The translations under genes were made by a program, and so were the position numbers. 64,000 bases of DNA. Source: a bacterium (lineage in GTDB: Bacteria > Zhuqueibacterota > Zhuqueibacteria > Residuimicrobiales > Oceaniaggregativiventaceae). The stretch is from positions 107,595-171,594 of the forward strand of contig JAKQNP010000046.1 of NCBI GenBank assembly GCA_029565675.1, written 5' to 3'. The notes beneath the pieces are model-generated. The model was not told the DNA's origin. It did no database searches and saw nothing but the letters and a program-made list of their open reading frames with translations. Below are positions 57,058 through 64,000 of the stretch, piece after piece (the stretch's first letter is position 1; each line of letters opens with the position of its first letter).

Positions 57058-60000
57058 TTGCGTGCAAGAAGATGGGTCATTTTCGTCGTTTTGATGACTC
57101 TTGCGGTTTTTACCGTTGTCGTCTATGGGGGACGATGGCTTTGGCCTAGTGAAAACATCAAAAGTTACCTTCTCGGACAAATCCGCCCGGTCCTCGGCCA
57201 GGATTGCGATATCCGGCGAGTCCGCTTCGGTGTGGGAACCGTCCATTTTCTCGATATCGAGCTACCGCAACAAGATCAGCACTATTCGATTTCCATCAGC
57301 GATCTCCATTTTCGCTATAATCCTGTCCGTTTGTTGTTTCAGGGTCTGGATCCTGAAACCATTTCCGGCCATGCCTTGCTCAATCGACCCCGAATTACAT
57401 TTTATTCACCCACACTGAGCACCACCGCGCCGTCCGATCTGCAAACCTCTGTGGCCGTACTCGAACAATTGGAAAGCTCTTATGAGGAAAAGATCAAAAA
57501 ACTGCGTTTCCTCAAGCGCCTCTCCATCACAGACGGCGAAATTGTCCTGCAAGAGAACGATTCTCTGTCCACGATGCTTGCCAATGGCATAGAAGGCTGG
57601 CTGTATTCCAGCAATTCCGATACGGTGAACTTTAACCTCACAGGCAATCTCTTTTCCAGTAGAAAACGCAATCTCAAGCTGGACGGCAAAGCCGAGCTTG
57701 TGCAAGGCAATATTCTCGCCGTCAACCTGCTTCTCTCTGACTTTCCGCTCGATGAACCGATCCCGCCCGCGAATTCGGCGGATTTTACCATGCTTGGCGG
57801 CAAGATGCACGCAGCCCTGCAATTCCGTTCACAGCAAAATTTTGCCGACCAGCGCCGCTTCGATCTCGACGGCCGGATCCAAATCGACAATGCGTCCGCG
57901 CGCTTTGCGTCTTCGCCGATAAAAATCGAACAATTGAACACCCACGGACGGGTGCGCGACTGGCAGATCATTTTCGACGATATCCAGTTTTTGCTTAACG
58001 GCCATGCGGCCCGCGCTAACGCCAAGGTCTCCAACCTTCTGTATCCTCAGATCGATATGGACATCTCGTTGTCCCGATTTTTACTGCAGGATTTTATCGG
58101 GCTGCTCACTCCTGATCTGCAAAAACGGGTCAACGGAAGAGCGTCCGCGCATTTGCAGGTCAGCGGCCCGATCAGTGATCTGCAGCTCGCCGGAAATGTG
58201 TACGCCAACCGTCTGTGGATCGACCGCCGGGAATTCAATCGGCTCGTTTTGCGCGCTGCACTGAAAAACAATCTCATGAATGTGCAAACTCTGCTCCTGA
58301 GCGCTCTGCATCACGATCTCGCGGCCAACGGTGTGATCGATCTGAATTCGCCACAAAAGCCGATCGACGGCAGGGTCACCATTCACGGCTCCATCCCATT
58401 CACAGCTCTGGGCCTGCGCACATCGCTGGATCGCCTGGTAACCCATGTCGAAGCTCGCCTCGGCGGCACTGTGGCAGGTCCGGCGGCTTCTGCGCGTTCC
58501 AAACTCTTTCTCATCTCTGACCAGTCCGACTCTTTGCTCTGGTCGGCGGAGCTCCATCTCAAGAACCGCCTGCTGTCGATTAAACGGCTGCAAAACGACC
58601 ACACACCCGCCGTTGAAGGTTGGATCGATTTTGCTCGTCGTCCGGTCGAATTCGATCTGGCTGCTCATGGTCTGCAGAATTTGGCCGCTTGGTTTGTCCC
58701 CGCTTTTGCAAGCGAGTGGATCACACACCGTTTGCGCATGACCACTCGCCTTAAAGGAAATCCGGGACATTTCCAGCTGTTCAGCGATCTTCAGCGCCTC
58801 GAAGGCAGCTTTTACACACTGCCGTTGCTGCGCTCGTCTATCGATCTGAAACACCTCGGCGGCGACTGGCGCGGAACCGGATCCATCGATCTGCATCCGC
58901 AAAGCGAACACCCACTTTACGGCGAATGGGAACTGGCAAAAACAGCAGATCAAATGTTCACCCATCTCGTTTTTCCAGGCGAACAAATCTTGTTCGACCT
59001 CAAGCAATCTGCCGACACACCGCTTGCCGCTGCGTTCAAACTGTCCAGTTTGCCGGTTAATCGTTTGCTCGGCCTGCCAGATACCGCTCGGTTCGGCATG
59101 ATCGATGGCGAAATCCTCGTCCATGCACACGATGCTGCACCACAGGTCTCTGGCGATCTTTCGATTTCTGCGATTCAAGCGGGCAATGGCCATTCCTACT
59201 CGAGTATCCTCGGTTTCAATTATGATCAGCATCGTTTTGTACTCGACCCGTTGCGCCTCGACTCCGACCAGGTTACCTTGCTCGATGCTTCAGGCGAATA
59301 TCTGACGCTTGCCGATTCTCTCTCTTTTGTAATCCGCGGCGCCGGTTTTGATATCAATCACATCCTTTCGCCATCCAATAACAAAAAAGCGCTGATTTCC
59401 GGCCAATCTCTCATCGATATCCGTATCAATGGACCTCTCCTGGCTCCGCAGGTGGACGGCGTGATTGGCATCAAAGAAGGCACCATCTACCGCCTGCCGT
59501 TTGATGAACTCGAAATACGGCTGGGAGGTCATGAACAACCGCCTGCCGGCATTTTACCCCCATCGGTTAAAGGAATCACTCTCGAGCGTATCCGGCTGTT
59601 CCGCCGAGACGGCTATTCCATCACCGGCGGCGGTATCGTGCCGTTCGCCCCGAACGACAGCTTGCACATCCATCTGGATGGCGAGGGCAACTTTCTCCAG
59701 ATCGCCTCTGATCTGGTGGGGTATTTTCGCAACAGCAAAAGTCAGGGCAAATTCTCTGCTGAACTGAACGGCACCCGCATCAAACCACGACTGCAAAGGG
59801 CAAATTTGTACTTTGCGCAGGGCGAAATGGATTTTGGCTCAGTGGTGCCGCCAGTGCGCAACGTGGTGGGCGATATCTCCTTCTTGCCGGACAGCCGTTT
59901 TCTCAAGATCAACAAGTTGCAGGGCACCATGGGAGGGGAATGGTTCAGTATCTCCACGGTCAGAGCGACCGCGGAAATGGGGCAAAGACCGCTCGATGAA

Positions 60001-61218
60001 CTGGAAATCGGCAGCGCCGGCGTTAATCTGGGTGTTTTTGTCTTGGAGACCAAAGACCGCGGCGTACCTTTGAACATCCGTGGGCTGATGGAAAAAGACG
60101 TCTACGGCCGGCTGCAGATCTCCGGGCGCCAGGCCGATGAACCATTTGTTCTTGCCGGGCCAGTCGAAAGACCGGTATTGCGCGGCACCATCTATACCCA
60201 CGATTTTCGTTTCATGTATCCGTTTGAAGGCGGCGATCAGGCAAACCACAGTGTGGTCGTCGAGTTTTTGCGCAACATCGATTGGGATATTCGCGTTCGA
60301 CCGGCTGAAGATGTGCGCTATATCAACACCTTGCCCGGCGCTCTGGACAATGTCTATGTCAATCTGCTGATCGAGGAAGAATATGGCAATCTTGATTTTA
60401 CCGGCCAGGTCGACGACGGCACTCTTCGCGCCGAAGGTCGAATGCGTTCCACTGCCGGGTTGATCGAATATTTTGATATGACTTTTCGTGTCCAGGAAGC
60501 CGGCGTCGACTTCGACCGCGGCAGCATGTATCCGGTCGTTTACGGCGAGGCGCGGAGCACGGTTATCGATTCATTGGGACTGCCGTCCCAGGTGATTCTG
60601 ACCCTGCAGACCGTGGATCAAACCATGAACAAAAAAGAAGTCGACGATATCGTCAAACAGGAAAAGATCCGCGGACGCTGGGATCAAATCCGCTTTAAAT
60701 TGACCACGGACAATCCCAACCTCGGCAGCAACGAAGCGCAAATCCTCGCAGCGCTCGGCTATTCCACCGAAACCATGCAGGACAAAGCTTTTGATGCAAT
60801 CGGCATTAGCACCGAAAATATTCTCTTTCGACCTCTTTATCGTCCGATGGAACGGCAGCTGGAAAATCTGCTGAACCTCGATTACGTGCGCTTTAGCTCG
60901 CGCTTTGCCCGCAATCTCATCGCCAGCAATCTCAACGAAAACGCCGAACTCAACACCCGCTTGTCTCTGTTGCGCAGCACCAAAATCGTCGTCGGCAAGT
61001 ACCTGGCCGATCGTCTTTTTTTGCAGTATACCGGCCAGATCGAGGCGGGCATCGATTACCGGTATGAAGAAAAAAACATCGGTCTGCGGCATACCCTGGG
61101 GCTTGAATATCGCATCAATCCCAAACTTTTATTGGAACTCGAATATGATTACAATAGTTTGATGTATGAAAACAATGACGACAAGCGCATCGTTCTGCGC
61201 CATTGGTTTCCATTTTAA
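57058..61218 (+). CDS. TamB/AsmA-like beta-taco protein
   Basis: N-terminal TM anchor; about 1400 aa of beta-rich repeats; C-terminal VGKYLADRLFLQY...LEYRINP..LE.EYD; directly upstream of bamA. Confidence 0.72.
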   Translation: MRARRWVIFVVLMTLAVFTVVVYGGRWLWPSENIKSYLLGQIRPVLGQDCDIRRVRFGVGTVHFLDIELPQQDQHYSISISDLHFRYNPVRLLFQGLDPETISGHALLNRPRITFYSPTLSTTAPSDLQTSVAVLEQLESSYEEKIKKLRFLKRLSITDGEIVLQENDSLSTMLANGIEGWLYSSNSDTVNFNLTGNLFSSRKRNLKLDGKAELVQGNILAVNLLLSDFPLDEPIPPANSADFTMLGGKMHAALQFRSQQNFADQRRFDLDGRIQIDNASARFASSPIKIEQLNTHGRVRDWQIIFDDIQFLLNGHAARANAKVSNLLYPQIDMDISLSRFLLQDFIGLLTPDLQKRVNGRASAHLQVSGPISDLQLAGNVYANRLWIDRREFNRLVLRAALKNNLMNVQTLLLSALHHDLAANGVIDLNSPQKPIDGRVTIHGSIPFTALGLRTSLDRLVTHVEARLGGTVAGPAASARSKLFLISDQSDSLLWSAELHLKNRLLSIKRLQNDHTPAVEGWIDFARRPVEFDLAAHGLQNLAAWFVPAFASEWITHRLRMTTRLKGNPGHFQLFSDLQRLEGSFYTLPLLRSSIDLKHLGGDWRGTGSIDLHPQSEHPLYGEWELAKTADQMFTHLVFPGEQILFDLKQSADTPLAAAFKLSSLPVNRLLGLPDTARFGMIDGEILVHAHDAAPQVSGDLSISAIQAGNGHSYSSILGFNYDQHRFVLDPLRLDSDQVTLLDASGEYLTLADSLSFVIRGAGFDINHILSPSNNKKALISGQSLIDIRINGPLLAPQVDGVIGIKEGTIYRLPFDELEIRLGGHEQPPAGILPPSVKGITLERIRLFRRDGYSITGGGIVPFAPNDSLHIHLDGEGNFLQIASDLVGYFRNSKSQGKFSAELNGTRIKPRLQRANLYFAQGEMDFGSVVPPVRNVVGDISFLPDSRFLKINKLQGTMGGEWFSISTVRATAEMGQRPLDELEIGSAGVNLGVFVLETKDRGVPLNIRGLMEKDVYGRLQISGRQADEPFVLAGPVERPVLRGTIYTHDFRFMYPFEGGDQANHSVVVEFLRNIDWDIRVRPAEDVRYINTLPGALDNVYVNLLIEEEYGNLDFTGQVDDGTLRAEGRMRSTAGLIEYFDMTFRVQEAGVDFDRGSMYPVVYGEARSTVIDSLGLPSQVILTLQTVDQTMNKKEVDDIVKQEKIRGRWDQIRFKLTTDNPNLGSNEAQILAALGYSTETMQDKAFDAIGISTENILFRPLYRPMERQLENLLNLDYVRFSSRFARNLIASNLNENAELNTRLSLLRSTKIVVGKYLADRLFLQYTGQIEAGIDYRYEEKNIGLRHTLGLEYRINPKLLLELEYDYNSLMYENNDDKRIVLRHWFPF

Positions 61219-61273
61219 TCTTTGGCTGGCGACGGGAGAGCGCGGATTTGCCGCATTTGCGGTAAAAATCTGC

Positions 61274-61302
61274 TTTACAATATGATACTAATTTAGTACA
61301 TT
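61274..61302 (+). promoter_or_regulatory. Putative promoter for bamA
   Basis: TTTACA-N17-TACATT. Confidence 0.5.
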
Positions 61303-61464
61303 TAACACTTGTTACCCAACGGCGTGCAGGATGTTCAGGAAAGACCGGACCGCCGGCGGTTTGCTTCATCTGGTTGGCCTTGTGGGGCCGCCCAAAGTGC
61401 GGGCGCCATTCGCACTTGAAGCAACTGGAGCCACTTCGATGATGATAAAGATGGAATTCTTTTA

Positions 61465-63768
61465 ATGCGAATCTACACACGCCTGCTGATCATTTTGCTG
61501 CTTTTCGCTTCAGCTACGGTTATGGCTCAACGCCGCACGGTTACCCTGCTCGGCGTCGCTGTCGAGGGAAACGAGACAACCGACGCCAATATGATCCGTC
61601 TCAGCGCCGGGTTGGCTCCCGGTACCGAGGTGTCGGGAGAAGGATTTCAAGATGCCGTGCGCCAACTGTGGCGGCTCAATCTTTTTTCCGATATCGATAT
61701 CGTCATCGACCGCGAAATCGCCACCGGTGTCTATATCATCATTCGCGTCCAAGAATATCCGCGTCTTGAAAAAGTAGAATTGCTCGGCAACAAAAAACTG
61801 AAAAAAGACGAGATCGAGGATATCCTGACTTTCTACGGCGGCCAGGTGGTCAGCCCCGGATTGCTCAGTCGCGCAAAAAATCAAATTCTGGAAAAGTATA
61901 AAGAAAAAGGGTACCTGCTGGCGGATATCGATGTCGAGCAATTTCCCAGCCCGGTCGATTCCCAGCGCGTCATCGTGCGCTTTAACTTTTCCGAAGGGGA
62001 AAAAGTCCAGGTCAAACGCGTTGATTTTTACGGCAACTCGGCTTTCGACGACGGCAAACTGCGCAAGCAGTTCAAGGAGATCAAAGAGGATCGCTGGTGG
62101 CGCGGCGCCGACTTTGACCAGGACAAATATCGCAAGGATCTCGAAAATCTGGTCTCTTTCTACCTCAACAACGGCTATCGAGACGCTGAAGTGCTGCGCG
62201 ACTCGCTCTATTACAACGCCAAACACGACGAAATGTATATCGATATCTGGGTCTTTGAAGGGCCGCAGTACCAGTTCGGCGATGTGACCTGGGAGGGCAA
62301 CCAGCTCTTCACCGAAGAGGAACTGGTATCCCAACTGTCGTTCATCAAAGGCGATATTTATTCTAAAGAAAAGCTGGACGAAGCGGTTTATAAAAAGATC
62401 GGCAGCCTCTATTACGATCGCGGCTATATCTATGCGACCGCCGCGCCGCGGGAGGTCCTCGATGCCGAGCATGAAATCGACCTCCATTTCATGATTTCCG
62501 AAGGCACACAGGCCAAGATCAACGACATCCGTATCGTCGGCAACACCAAGACCAATGAAAAAGTGATTCGTCGCGAATTGCGCGTCTTTCCCGGGCAGAC
62601 CTTTAACCGCGCCTTGCTCGAACGCAGCCAACGCGATGTCTATATGCTCAACTATTTTGGCAATATCGAGCCTTCCGTCATTCCTGTCGGCGAAGACAAA
62701 GTCGACCTGGTTTTCAAGGTTGAAGAAAAATCCACCGACACCGCCAATATGTCGGCTGGCTGGAGCGAGCGCGACCGCCTGATCGGCCAGGTCGGCGTTG
62801 CCATGGCCAATTTTCTCGGCAACGGGCAAACCATCAGCGCCGATGCCAATTTCGGCCGCTATTACAAATCATACAGCCTCAATTTTTCTGAACCCTGGCT
62901 GCTCGATTCTCCGACCCTGGTCGGCGTCAGTCTCTATTCGATCCGACGCGAACCCTACTACGTCGGCTATCGCCAGGTCAGCGACGGCGGTTCGGTGCGC
63001 TTCGGCCGTCGGTTGCGCTGGCCGGATAACTTTTTTCGCGGCGATTGGATTTATCAGTTGGATCGCACCAGTCTTTCCAATTTCAGCAGCTATTACCAGA
63101 CCTACAACCCGAACGGTGTGGTCACCGAGGATTGGCCTCTGATCAGCAGCGGCTTCACCCAGATCATCAACCGCAACAGCCTGGATCGCCCCGAATTCCC
63201 AACCGCCGGATCAGAGTTTACTCTGACGACCGAGCTGGTCGGCACGGTCATGGGCGGCAATGTCGATTTTCACAAACACACTCTGCGCATCGACTGGTTT
63301 ACCCCGGCACTGTGGAAACTGGTTTTTTACACCAGCTTCCAGGCCGGCTATATGGAAGGCTTGGGCAAGGACGCCAAAATTCCCTACCTGGAATACTATT
63401 TCATGGGTGGCGACGGTTTGTCCCGCGCCAATCCACTGCGCGGCTATGAAGACCCGCTCTCCGGTGGTACCGTCATCGCCGAAGGCGGCAAAGCCATGCT
63501 CAAATACACGGCCGAATTGCGCATCCCGATTGCTCCCAATCCGACCATTTTTGGCCTGCTCTTTGCCGAAGCCGGCAACACCTGGCCGGATTTCAAACGC
63601 GCTGATCCGTTCAGCATGAAAAGGTCCGTCGGTATCGGCGCACGCGTCTATATGCCGATGGTCGGCATCATCGGCTTTGACTATGGCTATGGTTTTGACC
63701 GGGTTGACCAAAATGGCAATCCAGATCCCAAATGGAAAATGCATTTCGTCTTTGGTCGAAGTTTTTGA
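61465..63768 (+). CDS. bamA: Outer membrane protein assembly factor BamA
   Basis: Signal peptide; POTRA repeats (GNTKTNEKVIRRE); NFLGNGQ; LRGY; C-terminal HFVFGRSF. Confidence 0.96.
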   Translation: MRIYTRLLIILLLFASATVMAQRRTVTLLGVAVEGNETTDANMIRLSAGLAPGTEVSGEGFQDAVRQLWRLNLFSDIDIVIDREIATGVYIIIRVQEYPRLEKVELLGNKKLKKDEIEDILTFYGGQVVSPGLLSRAKNQILEKYKEKGYLLADIDVEQFPSPVDSQRVIVRFNFSEGEKVQVKRVDFYGNSAFDDGKLRKQFKEIKEDRWWRGADFDQDKYRKDLENLVSFYLNNGYRDAEVLRDSLYYNAKHDEMYIDIWVFEGPQYQFGDVTWEGNQLFTEEELVSQLSFIKGDIYSKEKLDEAVYKKIGSLYYDRGYIYATAAPREVLDAEHEIDLHFMISEGTQAKINDIRIVGNTKTNEKVIRRELRVFPGQTFNRALLERSQRDVYMLNYFGNIEPSVIPVGEDKVDLVFKVEEKSTDTANMSAGWSERDRLIGQVGVAMANFLGNGQTISADANFGRYYKSYSLNFSEPWLLDSPTLVGVSLYSIRREPYYVGYRQVSDGGSVRFGRRLRWPDNFFRGDWIYQLDRTSLSNFSSYYQTYNPNGVVTEDWPLISSGFTQIINRNSLDRPEFPTAGSEFTLTTELVGTVMGGNVDFHKHTLRIDWFTPALWKLVFYTSFQAGYMEGLGKDAKIPYLEYYFMGGDGLSRANPLRGYEDPLSGGTVIAEGGKAMLKYTAELRIPIAPNPTIFGLLFAEAGNTWPDFKRADPFSMKRSVGIGARVYMPMVGIIGFDYGYGFDRVDQNGNPDPKWKMHFVFGRSF

Positions 63769-63865
63769 ACCGTTTAACCGACTCTATGCTCTATCTTTAA
63801 TCACGACGTTTCATTGTCCGCGTCGACAAGCTTCGACTCGGATCGCAGACAGACAGGAGGAAATT

Positions 63866-64000
63866 GTGAGAAACAAACAAATCATCTTAATCGCACTGGC
63901 AATGATTCTCGCGCTCAGCACCGGCAATGCCTTTGCACAAAAAATTGCCTACATCAATTCTCAACAGATCCTGGCCAACTTCAAAGAAGCCACCGATGCC
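63866..64000 (+). CDS. skp: OmpH/Skp chaperone, 3'-truncated by the window edge
   Basis: AGGAGG RBS and GTG start; MRNKQIILIALAMILALSTGNAFAQKIAYINSQQIL; directly follows bamA. Confidence 0.85.
   Translation, partial: MRNKQIILIALAMILALSTGNAFAQKIAYINSQQILANFKEATDA

Overview
Chromosomal, mostly housekeeping window from a diderm bacterium. Type IX secretion (T9SS)-like C-terminal domains, a PorV/PorQ-type barrel, spoVG and the bEBP-lptE-TPR gene order suggest an FCB-group lineage such as KSB1 or Calditrichota (inference only). About 35 CDS, nearly all on the + strand: a sialic-acid-type SSS transporter with nanA, a spmA/B fusion, ferredoxin, an orphan radical SAM, spoVG, a membrane-fused spermidine-synthase-like protein, a NagB/PIG-L fusion, USP, a GHL10 hydrolase, uvrB, purD, a galE-like epimerase, a sigma54-type ATPase, lptE, coaE, comEC, rnhB, yraN, panBC, waaA, mtnA, uppS, tamB-like, bamA and skp, plus tRNA-Thr(CGT). 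I saw no mobile element or CRISPR array. Most interesting: (1) a three-gene cassette between comEC and rnhB made of a membrane pseudokinase, a 3139-aa secreted protein (7 FG-GAP repeats, six ~310-aa three-domain repeats, T9SS-type tail) and a TPR/PEGA protein with a TM+LPxPPxxP tail; (2) a dispersed intergenic palindrome family ATTCGG..CCGAAT(CCGG), with 8 copies at 5 loci; (3) enzymes with degenerate active sites (NagB domain, SpeE-like domain, kinase); (4) several long, potentially structured 5' leaders. Domain calls are from reading motifs by eye; no searches were run.
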